From positions 1-64,000 of the IMG/VR virus record IMGVR_UViG_3300025133_005514: 64,000 nucleotides of DNA; one strand, written 5' to 3'. The stretch is from a virus. The notes under the pieces are model-generated. The model had not been told where the DNA came from. It saw nothing but the letters and a program-made list of their open reading frames with translations, and made no database searches. The translations under genes were made by a program, and so were the position numbers. This document shows positions 17,561 through 27,393 of this stretch, one piece after another (position 1 is the first letter of the stretch; each line of letters starts with the position of its first letter).

Positions 17561-17581
17561 ACTCTGGACAAGGATTTACTA

Positions 17582-18301
17582 GTGCTCCTTATCTCTTCTC
17601 TTCTCGTTGCCCTGTTGGGGCTCCTCTCTTTCAACATCTACAGGAAGGCCAACTCCACCGAGGATGCCTTCCTCAACCGGTTGGGGCAGTTCGTTCCTGA
17701 CAAGTACGAATGGCCCGACCCCCTGTCCCTGACGGAGGTTGAGGAGGTCAACATGGCCTTGCTCACCTCCGACGCCACCGACGTTCCTGCCGCCTTCAGG
17801 CTCATCCTGAGGCTGCTCGACACCGTCGAGGACTTGGAGGCCGACTACGGCATCCAGGAGAGGGCCCACAAGGACGAGGTCAAGCTCTTGACGGGGGTGC
17901 TGAAGCGGCGTAACGAACTGCTCGACTCCATCATGGAGGAGCGGACCACGGTGTTCACGGCGGTCAGCACGGCGAAGCAGGCTGTTGCTGAACTCCAGGA
18001 CGATCTGGACAAGGCCGGTGACTACTTCATCAAGGCCATGATGGAGGCCCCCTCGACGACCCATCAGGCTGGCATCACCGCCGATGCCCTGGAAGATCTC
18101 GACACCCTGGTTGGTCAGACCAACCGCGAAGGGGACGTCCTGAACCAGGCCGACGCCGACTTCTGGGCGATGCACGACAGCTTGTCTCAGGCTGAGAGGG
18201 GAGAGATTGACAGCATCCTCCCCCTCCAGACCTGGGAGGACGACCTGCTCGACAGCCTCGACAGCGACCTGAACGACTTCAACTTCTGGCCGATGGTTTA
18301 G
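17582..18301 (+). CDS. membrane-anchored acidic coiled-coil protein
   Basis: N-terminal TM, heptad-like helices, D-rich tail. Confidence 0.75.
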   Translation: MLLISSLLVALLGLLSFNIYRKANSTEDAFLNRLGQFVPDKYEWPDPLSLTEVEEVNMALLTSDATDVPAAFRLILRLLDTVEDLEADYGIQERAHKDEVKLLTGVLKRRNELLDSIMEERTTVFTAVSTAKQAVAELQDDLDKAGDYFIKAMMEAPSTTHQAGITADALEDLDTLVGQTNREGDVLNQADADFWAMHDSLSQAERGEIDSILPLQTWEDDLLDSLDSDLNDFNFWPMV

Positions 18302-18398
18302 CGGTCTGTGCTGCGAACAGCGGGGCGGGGATGTGCTTCGCTCCGCTGTTCCACTGCACAGACGGCAATCACGCCAACCAAAACTGGAGACTGAGGTT

Positions 18399-18581
18399 AT
18401 GGGAACTCTTGCAGACGAACTGTTGCGAGCCGTTGAGGGCGTCATCAACGATGCCCTTGTCAACGACGGCATCGACGACCTCCCCGGAAGAGTGGACGAC
18501 CTTGAGTGGAAGCTCAAGCGGGTGCAGAACACTGTCAAAGAGCTTGACGAGCTTCTTGCCGCCCTGAAGGTGGAGGACTGA
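18399..18581 (+). CDS. small acidic coiled-coil protein
   Basis: GAGG RBS; TGATG coupling to the AAA+ gene. Confidence 0.65.
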   Translation: MGTLADELLRAVEGVINDALVNDGIDDLPGRVDDLEWKLKRVQNTVKELDELLAALKVED

Positions 18582-19438
18582 TGAACATCGACCTCCCCAC
18601 CCTGGAGCGTCAGATTCGGGAGCAGGGCTATGTGCCTCGCCGCTCCGAACTCTTGATGCTGGCAGATGCACTGACTGTTGACAGTCGTGTTGCCGGCATC
18701 CGCTCCGTCCTTCTTGAGGGGCTGCCCGGTACCGGCAAGTCGGCGTTTGCCGAGGTTGTTGCCTCGGTCCTTGGATGCCCTTTGGTTGTCCATCAGCTTC
18801 ATCAGTGGAGCGATGCTGACGACCTGTTTGTCGGTGTTGACGTCGCTGCTGCTGTCGGCGGCGAGGCTGACAAGGTCCGACAGGATGGCGTCCTTGCCGT
18901 CACCGCTCGTATGTCGGAGAAGGGCGCTGTCATTCTCCTTCTTGACGAGGTGGACAAGACCCATGAGCGGTGTGAAGCACTGCTGCTGGACTGGTTGCAG
19001 ACGGGGCGAGTTCCGGTCAAGCCCGGTCACCACGTTCGCACCGTCATCAGCAACGTCATCGTCTTCCTGACCAGCAATGCTCAGAGGGACTTGAGCGATG
19101 CCCTGATGCGGCGCTGTGCCAGGGTCCAGATGGGGCTGCTCCCCTTCGATACCCAGGTCGGCATCATTTCCGGCAAGACCGGGCTCCCCAAGGGGTTCGT
19201 CAAGGTGACCTGGAAGGCGGCGATCCACATCGCTCAGTCCGAAGGGAACAAGGGGCTCTCCCTTCAGGAGGGGCACCGACTGGTCGGAACCATCGTCCGG
19301 TTCGCTGAAACGATGGATGATATCAGGCTCATCCTCTCAAGCTGGGCTGCACGAACCCCCAAAGGCCGGAACACGGCGGCAACGACTGACGTCTCTGCTG
19401 TCTGGTCCGAACTCAACAACGTCCGAAAGAGCGGGTAG
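18581..19438 (+). CDS. MoxR-family AAA+ ATPase
   Basis: LLEGLPGTGKS, ILLLDEVDKT, EALLLDWL, FLTSNAQRDLSDALMRRC. Confidence 0.92.
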   Translation: MNIDLPTLERQIREQGYVPRRSELLMLADALTVDSRVAGIRSVLLEGLPGTGKSAFAEVVASVLGCPLVVHQLHQWSDADDLFVGVDVAAAVGGEADKVRQDGVLAVTARMSEKGAVILLLDEVDKTHERCEALLLDWLQTGRVPVKPGHHVRTVISNVIVFLTSNAQRDLSDALMRRCARVQMGLLPFDTQVGIISGKTGLPKGFVKVTWKAAIHIAQSEGNKGLSLQEGHRLVGTIVRFAETMDDIRLILSSWAARTPKGRNTAATTDVSAVWSELNNVRKSG

Positions 19439-19442
19439 GAAC

Positions 19443-20105
19443 ATGAACCAGAACGAATTCAACGACTTCATCAACGATGCGTTGCATAGCCTCATGAGGG
19501 TAGCGGCTCCTCCCATCCCCGGCACGGAGTCCCTTGAGGACTTCACGGAGGAGGAGGCTCTGGACCTGGGGTTGCTGTTCGTCGGTGACGACCCCGACCC
19601 CTCGACCGGATGCGGAGAGAGCGCCCTCCGAACCCCCTTCCACACCCCCTCCAGCCCCATCGAGGATGCCATCGCTGTCAACCTTGTTGGCGACACCCAC
19701 CCCGAGGAGTTCGAACGCTTCATGGAGCGGTTCGACGAGGCTCACAGCATCGCCCTGAGAGGTGACTACGTCTCCTTCCCCCATCTGACCCAAAGGGTGG
19801 ACCTGGGCAACGGCACCTTCCGGGTCATCATGCCGTTCGTCGGCCATATCGAGCACGAAGAGGACGGTCCCCACGACGACGAGTGTCAGTGGGTCCATGC
19901 AATGGACTTCGACCTGGGGGTTCTTCCTGCTTCCTGCTTTGAGCGGCTTGGGGACAACCCCGAGAGGCTCGCCGAGGCGAAGGCTGTGATGGCAGAGGTT
20001 GATGGCAACAAGGCTGTTGCCGATGCGATGACGAACATGGCCGAGGAGTACAGCCTTCCCGAAGGGGTCCCGATGACCTTCGGGACCATCGTCGGCGACT
20101 GCTAG
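19443..20105 (+). CDS. acidic hypothetical protein
   Basis: AGGA RBS; D/E-rich; lies between the AAA+ and vWA genes. Confidence 0.75.
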   Translation: MNQNEFNDFINDALHSLMRVAAPPIPGTESLEDFTEEEALDLGLLFVGDDPDPSTGCGESALRTPFHTPSSPIEDAIAVNLVGDTHPEEFERFMERFDEAHSIALRGDYVSFPHLTQRVDLGNGTFRVIMPFVGHIEHEEDGPHDDECQWVHAMDFDLGVLPASCFERLGDNPERLAEAKAVMAEVDGNKAVADAMTNMAEEYSLPEGVPMTFGTIVGDC

Positions 20106-20193
20106 CAGTCTTCCCTTTGCCGCACTGCCCTGGGGCTTCTCTCCGGGGCTCCAGGGCAGGCGATAGAGGGTAGGCAAAACAGGAAGGGAGAGG

Positions 20194-21897
20194 GTGATGA
20201 GCGAGCATAAGAAAATCTGGAAGCTCCGGGAGATTCAGTCTCTCCTTAGCAAGGGTCCGTCTACGGATTTTGGGTCCTGCTATCCGGCCTACTATGAGCC
20301 GACCACTGGGGAGCGGGTTTACCTTCCTCAACTCCGGGAAGCTGGCAACCCCTGGCCTGGAGGCAATTGTGAGCTGAGTGAGTACCTCCGCCGCATTGAC
20401 CAGCGAATCAGCAAGTACGGACCGAACGCCGAGTACGAGGCCCACCGTCGTTGGGAGGAAGACCACGGCGACGACAAGCCCATCAACCACAACGAGTCGA
20501 AGGGAGACAGCGATGAACAAGCCGATGAACTAAACAAGGGTGGAGGACAGGGCGAATCGCCAGAGAGCGGAGCGAACGCACAGTCAGAGACTTCTGCACA
20601 AGGACAGGGACAGTCCGAGGGCAGCGGCCAGACGATGGGCAAAAACGAAGCTTCCAACACCGGACACTCCGGTGGGCCCACAAGCAGTGGTGGGTCTGGC
20701 GAGGGGAATGGGCAGACAATGGGGCAGCCGTCGTCCAACGGCAGTCCAGGAAAGAGCCCAGGTAGTAGAGAAGGCCGCTCCAGCGACTCCGAGGGATTCG
20801 GAAAGCAGGGAGACAACGCCGGCCAGCCGAAATCATCCAACCAGTCAGACGGCCGACAAGGTGTCCAGACTGAGAAGAACCGAAGCTTTGGGGAGGGGGT
20901 TGATCGCCCCAGCTCCGAGGGCCGAGACAACACCCTTAAGGGTGGGTTGGACGACGACGGTAGGAGACGCGGTTTCCCAACCGTGAAAACTCTGGATCCA
21001 GGAGGGGACGCTTCGACACCCTTCTTTCCTTACGAGGGAACTCGGGGGCTGCATCAGACCATTGCGGAAAGCGATGACTCTGGTGTGGCCCCCGCACCCA
21101 CCTCCCGAATGGCTCTTGAGGAGTTTAAATCCCTCTTTGAAGCCATTCAGGAGGACGGTGGGTTGCACACAGCCCGAAGCATCAACAACAACCCCGGCGG
21201 CGTCACCCAAAGCATGATTGGGGACGCCTACGGATTCGCTGCCAGGATGCCCAAGAAGGATATTCGGAGGGTGAAGCAGCTTATCGACCGCATGTTCAAG
21301 TCCTTTGAGCAGGGCACCTTCGGTGAGTTCGTTCCCCGCATCGACCCCACCAAGCTGGTCAAGGAGCTTGTGGGTAAGAGCTACCGGCTTGGACGGTGCG
21401 CCGAGGAGTCTCAGGAGTCAGGGCTTAAGGTCCTCCTTGTGGATAACAGCGGGTCCTGCCACTCGATTTGCGGACCGGCTATGGCGGCTTGTATCGAGCT
21501 TGCCAGGGCCGACCCTGACATCGTTATTTACGTCCACTCCAATGGGTGGGCCACAGGGGATGCCTACCGGGACGACCTGATTGGTGTCAGGGCTCATGAG
21601 GTTGTAGGGATTCGGCGAGGACACGGCATTGACTCCATCGACCTGAAGGGTGTGAACATTGCCGGCGTCGTCGCCTTCGGGGACTGGGATGCGGTCGACC
21701 TCTATCAGCAGCTTGTAGAGGTGGCTCCGCTGATTTGGATCGACCCGTCGGACGATGCGAACGCTTGGCGAGGCGAATCCTGTCACTCAATCGTGGAACA
21801 CAAGAACACCCTCTACATCCCTTGCATGGACTGGAGCGCCCCCCTGGGCTGGTCTGCGAAGGCGATTGACAAGGCTTTGGCTGAGTCGGGGAGGTGA
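20194..21897 (+). CDS. vWA (MIDAS) domain protein with long G/S/Q low-complexity linker (CobT/NorD-like architecture)
   Basis: IDPTKLV, VLLVDNSGSC (DxSxS), VAFGDWD, LIWID. Confidence 0.8.
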   Translation: MMSEHKKIWKLREIQSLLSKGPSTDFGSCYPAYYEPTTGERVYLPQLREAGNPWPGGNCELSEYLRRIDQRISKYGPNAEYEAHRRWEEDHGDDKPINHNESKGDSDEQADELNKGGGQGESPESGANAQSETSAQGQGQSEGSGQTMGKNEASNTGHSGGPTSSGGSGEGNGQTMGQPSSNGSPGKSPGSREGRSSDSEGFGKQGDNAGQPKSSNQSDGRQGVQTEKNRSFGEGVDRPSSEGRDNTLKGGLDDDGRRRGFPTVKTLDPGGDASTPFFPYEGTRGLHQTIAESDDSGVAPAPTSRMALEEFKSLFEAIQEDGGLHTARSINNNPGGVTQSMIGDAYGFAARMPKKDIRRVKQLIDRMFKSFEQGTFGEFVPRIDPTKLVKELVGKSYRLGRCAEESQESGLKVLLVDNSGSCHSICGPAMAACIELARADPDIVIYVHSNGWATGDAYRDDLIGVRAHEVVGIRRGHGIDSIDLKGVNIAGVVAFGDWDAVDLYQQLVEVAPLIWIDPSDDANAWRGESCHSIVEHKNTLYIPCMDWSAPLGWSAKAIDKALAESGR

Positions 21898-22219
21898 CTT
21901 ATCGGGAAATTCCTATGGGATTCCGGCGGTTCCCTACCGTTTTCGCTACGGCAAGCTCTGTTGGGTGTCCAGTCCGCAAGACGGGCCGACAACCTTCAGA
22001 TGATTTGCAGAGCGACCATAGAGGCTTACAAGATTGCTGAGATGTTCGGGTGCCAGCTTCGCTTCGTTGCCGGCCAACCACACTCAACCATCGTCAACAT
22101 TACCGGCTCCGTCAACGGGACTTGGCTGCTCTACGAGGACTAGAACGACAACACACATCATAGAACGATTGAGGGCGGTTGGGGAGCCTGAGACTTGGGC
22201 GAAGGAAGGGGTTTAGGCC

Positions 22220-23212
22220 ATGTCATACAAAGAAGAAGCGCTTGGGAGTCTCCGTTACCTTAAGGAGCACATCTCCATGCTGGAGGATGAGGTTCTCTGC
22301 ATCGAGGAAGGGGGCGACAACGTCGCTGAGGAGCTTGGGTTCGACGACCTTGACGACCTTAAGGACCAGTTGGGAAACATCTGTGGCAACAACTACGACA
22401 GCGCGGAGGCTGTGGAGCATCTCTGGAACACCATCAACAACCACGGCCTTCACTATGAGGCCGACCTGGTTAACTGGCTTGACCATGAGGGCTGTGGAGA
22501 TCACGCCGAGCCCGCCACCAACGACAACGACACCATCAAAGCCTTCCTCCGCAAGCTAGAGGGCAAAGGCATCCTCTTCGTCAACAACGACCTGGAGGAG
22601 TTCTCCTTCAAGAACTTGATGGACATTGCTGACGAGAGGGAGGCCGCCAAGGTCCCCGACCTGTTGACCGGCCTCCGAGCGACGGACGGCGGCTACCTGT
22701 GGAAGCTCCAGAAAGATGTGCTGTTCCCAAAGACTGACGGGGAGTTTGGACTCAACGGTTGTCCTGATGGGGTCCGGGTTGAGGTCGGCTTTGGGGCGCA
22801 GCCTCAGAACCCTTGCTGGACCGGTAATGTGGTCTACGTGATGAAAGAGGGGTCGCTTGTGAACGAGGCGACCGACCAGCTTATGGGCCGGGGGGTCCCT
22901 GTTGTTGAGAAGTGGCGCTGGCTTCCCAGTGCTGGGCTGAAGCCCTCCGGCCAGCGACCATGTCTTCCCGACGGCAAGCTGTTCCAGGACGGGGAGTGGC
23001 TTGAGATGTTCTGGGATGAGGGATCCTGCCCCGGGAGGGGCAACGGTACCGCGTGCTTCTACCAGCCCGGTACCGGGAAGAGTCTTGGCTCCGACCTTTG
23101 TAGTTGGAGTACGGACATGGCCTTGTCCACCAACTGGCTTTGGGAGGTTGTCAGCCCAGACCGCGCAAAGGAGCTTCAAGCCCGGCTCGATGAGTTTGAA
23201 GCCGGCCGGTGA
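22220..23212 (+). CDS. hypothetical protein with acidic N-terminus
   Basis: 330-aa ORF with coding-like bias. Confidence 0.75.
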   Translation: MSYKEEALGSLRYLKEHISMLEDEVLCIEEGGDNVAEELGFDDLDDLKDQLGNICGNNYDSAEAVEHLWNTINNHGLHYEADLVNWLDHEGCGDHAEPATNDNDTIKAFLRKLEGKGILFVNNDLEEFSFKNLMDIADEREAAKVPDLLTGLRATDGGYLWKLQKDVLFPKTDGEFGLNGCPDGVRVEVGFGAQPQNPCWTGNVVYVMKEGSLVNEATDQLMGRGVPVVEKWRWLPSAGLKPSGQRPCLPDGKLFQDGEWLEMFWDEGSCPGRGNGTACFYQPGTGKSLGSDLCSWSTDMALSTNWLWEVVSPDRAKELQARLDEFEAGR

Positions 23213-23423
23213 CCTCCGAGCCTCCCCCGATGGGGGGCAGTGGGTTAAGGCATAAGTCTTGAGGCTTCTCCCCAGGAGCTTCCCCCAGCCTCCCTAACGG
23301 TTGAGGCTAGGAACACCCCAAAAACGCCGAATCCGGCTAAGTCCCCGGAATTCCGGCGGAAATCCGGTGTGTCATGCTCGTTTCTCAACCGGCCCGAAGT
23401 TGGCCAAACCGGAGAAAACGAAA

Positions 23424-24116
23424 ATGGCGAAATCCCCTATCTACTGTGACGACATCCCCCAGGTTGGAGACTTCAGCGTCTCCGTCTCGACGTACAACCT
23501 GGACCGTGGCGTCTCCATCGTCCCCTCCCGTCACTACGTGACTCGGGACGGTCGGGCCGGAATGTCCTGGATGACCGGAGGCAAGTACCCGCTCTCCATC
23601 GCCGATGCGAAGGTGGTGCGGGACCTGCTGATCAAGGCTTGCGCCGTCGCTGATACTCAGCAGGCGAAGGTCAACGAGCGCCGCCGCCAGGAGGCGGAAG
23701 CGGTCACCCTTCAGCCTCAGGGCGCTTCCGGTCACACCGGAGCCGCTGGCCCCGTCAAGACTCCGGTGTGGTTCGCCGATCCGGTCAAGGGTCAGCCCGT
23801 CCAGACCACGCTGGACGCCGTCCCCGCTGGCGGTCAGTACATGGCCCTCGACCAGAAGGGCGGATGGCAGACGAAGCCTGCCCCCGTCGCCGCCCCCCCG
23901 GCGATGCCGCCGGCCATGCCGGGGATGCCGGCCGCTCCGGCCATGCCGACCGTCGCCGCCGTTCAGCCCGCTTCCTTCGACCCGATGCAGGTGAAAGGGA
24001 ACGCGACCAACGTCATGAAGCGGCTCGCCCTGGATTCGTTCGGCGTCGCCCATGACGGTGTCAAGGGTGCAGCCCTGACGGCGCTCCTCAAGACCGCCCA
24101 GAAGGCGAACGCCTAA
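23424..24116 (+). CDS. PC4/YdbC-like ssDNA-binding domain, Pro/Ala/Met linker, small helical C-terminal domain
   Basis: VSVSTY..GVSI..RHYVTRDG...WMTGGKYPLSI..VRDLL resembles the PC4 fold by eye; GGAG RBS. Confidence 0.55.
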   Translation: MAKSPIYCDDIPQVGDFSVSVSTYNLDRGVSIVPSRHYVTRDGRAGMSWMTGGKYPLSIADAKVVRDLLIKACAVADTQQAKVNERRRQEAEAVTLQPQGASGHTGAAGPVKTPVWFADPVKGQPVQTTLDAVPAGGQYMALDQKGGWQTKPAPVAAPPAMPPAMPGMPAAPAMPTVAAVQPASFDPMQVKGNATNVMKRLALDSFGVAHDGVKGAALTALLKTAQKANA

Positions 24117-24373
24117 TGGCCGCTCGTACCCACATCGCCGTCAACGTCTCCGACGTTCGTGACGATCACAAGGCGCTTAACGCGCTTTGCGTGGTCCCGT
24201 TGCTGTTGGCCGTTGCCTTCGAAGCTGTAGAGGATGCCGAGCGGCGGATGGTCGTCACCGCTGCCGCCGATGACTCCGGGGCGGTCGCCGTCGAAGCGTT
24301 CAACCTGGGTTGGGCTTGCGCTTCCTACTGGGATGCCCGGAGCGAAGCCCTCATCGGTGGGGAGGGTTCCTAG
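24116..24373 (+). CDS. hypothetical protein
   Basis: TAATG coupling to the previous gene. Confidence 0.55.
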   Translation: MAARTHIAVNVSDVRDDHKALNALCVVPLLLAVAFEAVEDAERRMVVTAAADDSGAVAVEAFNLGWACASYWDARSEALIGGEGS

Positions 24374-24479
24374 CGTGGTCGCCTTCGCTTCCCTCTGCAT
24401 CGCCCTTGCCCTCGTCGGTTCGATGGACTGGTCCCGCACCGTTCCCGCCGATGAGTGACTGACGGGCCGACACCCCACG

Positions 24480-24526
24480 GCGAACCCCAGGATCGGCTTG
24501 ACGGCTGGTCCTGGGGTTTCGCTTTG
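24480..24526 (+). terminator. long hairpin terminator of the rightward early operon
   Basis: GCGAACCCCAGGATCGGC / GCTGGTCCTGGGGTTTCGC followed by TTTG. Confidence 0.65.
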
Positions 24527-25770
24527 TGGCGGCAGCAACGGCCTACCAGTCCATCAAATGAGCAATGAATGCCGGTCCTGCTCCGGTCGCTTCCCAGCGG
24601 CCTACGACCCGGCTAGCGGCCTCCGCCGCATTCCGCCCCACAGTCCAGCCGACTGCTAACAGGCTTCCCCTACAGCGTTTCAGCTACTGCCGCCCAACAT
24701 CACCGGGCCGGCTGCCCTACCTCCGTTTGCAGCTAACTACCCGTTTCTCAACGGTATTTGGCCCACGGCCAGGCCGTACTACTACGTAGTACGCTTTGCG
24801 GCCCTCTCAGCCGCCCTCTCAGCCGTCCGAGCCCTCCGGCCATGCCAGGACCTAGGCACGGCCCTGCAAAGCCAGGAGAGGCGACGCCAGCGGCCAGCAA
24901 CAGCCGCTCTGAGCAAGGCGAGCAACCCCAGGAGCGAATAGGCGACGACAAGGGGGGCCGTTCCCCAGGTCCGGTGCTGCCCTGGACCGCCGGCCTGCCC
25001 TGCCCCTGACCCGCTGAGAGCCCACGTTCACCCCGTGCCTCCCCTACCTACCCCAAACGGCGATGCCCCTACCTACTGCCCAACAGCGCCGACGCCCATC
25101 GTCCGCAGCCTGTCACCTTGTACCTGTATGGGGCTGGCTAGGAGCCGATCTGGGGACCCCTGTGCGAATCGATGACCCACCCCCCTGGGGGGGTCTGAAT
25201 TCTATATATATTGATACGGTATGCCCCGCCGACCCTCACCACAAACGCCCTACATAGCCCCTGTCGGCTCGTTGGTGGGCTATCTGTAGCTGGTTGTGGC
25301 TGCTCCGCGCTGCTCTGGGGCCGGCAGCTGCTGCGATGACTTGTTGCTGCAACATCACGGGGGGAACACAGAGGTCCTCCCCCCCTAATCCCCCCCTCAT
25401 CGGGGAAATTAACTTAGTTCGGTGCTAAGTAGCGGGACTCCACCGGGGCTGGTGGGACTGGCCGGCAGCTGTGCATGTGGTGCAGCTGATCGGCCGACCT
25501 CACCCCCGGGGGGGTTGTTGGGACGGTACTAGTGGGGGTGCCGGAAGTTAATTGTGTCACTCATCTGCCACCCTCCAGCCGCTTAACCCGCCGCTTCGAC
25601 GTGTGCGGGTCGGGCAGCCCGCAGAAGCTCGACGCGATGCAACGGGGGATGCGCTGCTTCGAGAGCCGAACCTACTTCCGCGAATGGCTTCGCGAGGTCC
25701 TCGAACACCCCAAATTCGCAGCCAGTCCCTAGCAGCCGGGGGAGCGTGAACTCCTCGATCGCTAAATTCC

Positions 25771-26022
25771 TCAGAGGTCCTCGTGTTCGAACGGGTCCAC
25801 CTCGGCAGCCGTAGCCTCAGTCGGTACGGGGGCGGGCTCCAACCATCGGGCGAGCCGCTCCGTGCATTTGGCGCACAGGTCAACGCGGATGGTTTCGGGA
25901 GCTATGTCGCCCCTGTGGTCGCCGCGCATCACCGGAAGGTCCAGACACATCCACCCAGACCTGCGGTCCGGGGGGCTCTGCTGCGCTTCGCAGCGGTCGC
26001 ATCGCAGAACTTGAATCCTCAT
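25771..26022 (-). CDS. zinc-finger-like hypothetical protein
   Basis: CDRC...DLCAKC; ATGA overlap with the resolvase stop. Confidence 0.65.
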   Translation of the reverse strand: MRIQVLRCDRCEAQQSPPDRRSGWMCLDLPVMRGDHRGDIAPETIRVDLCAKCTERLARWLEPAPVPTEATAAEVDPFEHEDL

Positions 26023-26480
26023 CCCACCAATTCCTCTCGCAAGTGCTCCGCAATCCACAGAGCGTCAGCCTCGTTGTCGTCGGATGGGTCCACACCCCAT
26101 CGCTCTTTTGCGGCTTCAATCATCCGCTCCTTGTTGGCGTTGCCCTTGCCGGTAGCCAGCTTCTTCACCGAGCCGACGGGGCGGGCGGAGTACGCCTGCT
26201 CTCTGGCCTCGCACGCGCTGGTGATGACGGCGACGATCCCGCCATAGACGTGCGCTGCTGAGGTGCCCGCGTGTCGCCTGATCTCCTCGTAACCGACGAC
26301 GGCGTCGGGGTAGGCGTCCAGAAGTTCGCTGAGGTAGCGGCGGGCGCGCAGGTAGCGCATTCCGCCACCCTCGTGCCGCCTGGACGACAGGTCCCACACG
26401 CCAGAGCCCAGCCTAGCTCCAGCCTTGCCGAGCACGGCCCAGCCGCACTTGGTGCCTGGGTCGATGCCGATGACGATCAC
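26019..26480 (-). CDS. ruvC: RuvC-like Holliday junction resolvase
   Basis: IGIDPGTKCGWA, VGYEE, VKKLATGKGNANK, DDNEADALWI. Confidence 0.9.
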   Translation of the reverse strand: MIVIGIDPGTKCGWAVLGKAGARLGSGVWDLSSRRHEGGGMRYLRARRYLSELLDAYPDAVVGYEEIRRHAGTSAAHVYGGIVAVITSACEAREQAYSARPVGSVKKLATGKGNANKERMIEAAKERWGVDPSDDNEADALWIAEHLREELVG

Positions 26481-26550
26481 GGCGCCGCCCACGCCTGCCG
26501 CACGAGCGCCAGAAGGCACCCGAGGGTCGCGGGGTCTGAGAGGTCGGGGG

Positions 26551-26748
26551 TCATGACAGAGCCTTCCTAGTAGCAATGCGGCAGCGCCGGCAGCTGACTT
26601 CGTCCTTCGTCTCTGTGTCTGCCATGGCTCCCTTGTGGACAACGTCCAGACCGCAAGCTGTCTTGAACAGTCCCAACCTGCCAGAGGTGGCGAGGTGGAC
26701 CTTCTTGCGGCCGTGGAAGCGGTAGCGGCGGGGCTTGAGGAGGCTCAC
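26551..26748 (-). CDS. small H/C-motif basic protein
   Basis: KVHL...TACG...VSCRRC. Confidence 0.55.
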   Translation of the reverse strand: MSLLKPRRYRFHGRKKVHLATSGRLGLFKTACGLDVVHKGAMADTETKDEVSCRRCRIATRKALS

Positions 26749-26911
26749 GGGACTGCCTCAATCCGATCACATCGGTAGGAGGCGTCGTCCAAAACCACCT
26801 TCCCCAAGAGGTCGCAGTCCTTTTTGGTAGCACTGTGGGCTGCGTCTACTCCGGCCCCAATGCCCAGCGCGGCCATCAGAAGACCCACCAGCGAAAGCAG
26901 GACGATGTCGT

Positions 26912-27178
26912 TCACGCCACCCCCCTAGCGCCGCCCAACACCGGGGTCAGACCGATGTCAGGCGGCTTGCCGGACCCGGCGCGGTCCGACGTTTCTAGGC
27001 GGTAGACGGCGACGCCATCCTCGTAGGTCTTGCTGACGTCCCAGCCGGCGTAGCGGATGTACTTCAGGTGGCGGCTCACAGCGCGGTCGCTCAGCCCGAG
27101 CACCTCCCGCATCGTGACCCTCGCGGCTCCGTTCTGGAGCATTCGGAGGATGTACAAGGTCTTCACGGTCGGGCTCAT
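26912..27178 (-). CDS. winged-HTH protein
   Basis: ILRMLQ...REVLGLSDRAVSRHLKYIR.AGWDV...YRL; GGAGG RBS. Confidence 0.75.
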   Translation of the reverse strand: MSPTVKTLYILRMLQNGAARVTMREVLGLSDRAVSRHLKYIRYAGWDVSKTYEDGVAVYRLETSDRAGSGKPPDIGLTPVLGGARGVA

Positions 27179-27393
27179 CGCTGCCTCCTGTGCCACATGG
27201 TTCGACCCTCCTTGAGCCGGTCCTTACCCTCCTTGGTCTGCGCCACACAGATGGGGCAAGGGAAGGTGAGGCGGTGGGACTGGCACTGCTTGGTGCGAAT
27301 CTCTTCGCACTGCCGGCAGACGCCGTGCTGCCCCAGGGGCAGGCAGCAGTCGGGCTCGGGACAGAGTTTCCTATCGCGGGCTTCGAACTTCAT
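27175..27393 (-). CDS. small Cys-rich protein
   Basis: Several CxxC motifs; GGAGG RBS; ATGA couplings. Confidence 0.55.
   Translation of the reverse strand: MKFEARDRKLCPEPDCCLPLGQHGVCRQCEEIRTKQCQSHRLTFPCPICVAQTKEGKDRLKEGRTMWHRRQR

Noticed and set aside
24565-25257. Short ORFs in the skewed region
   Set aside because: Pro/Arg-rich low-complexity translations with no RBS or codon bias.
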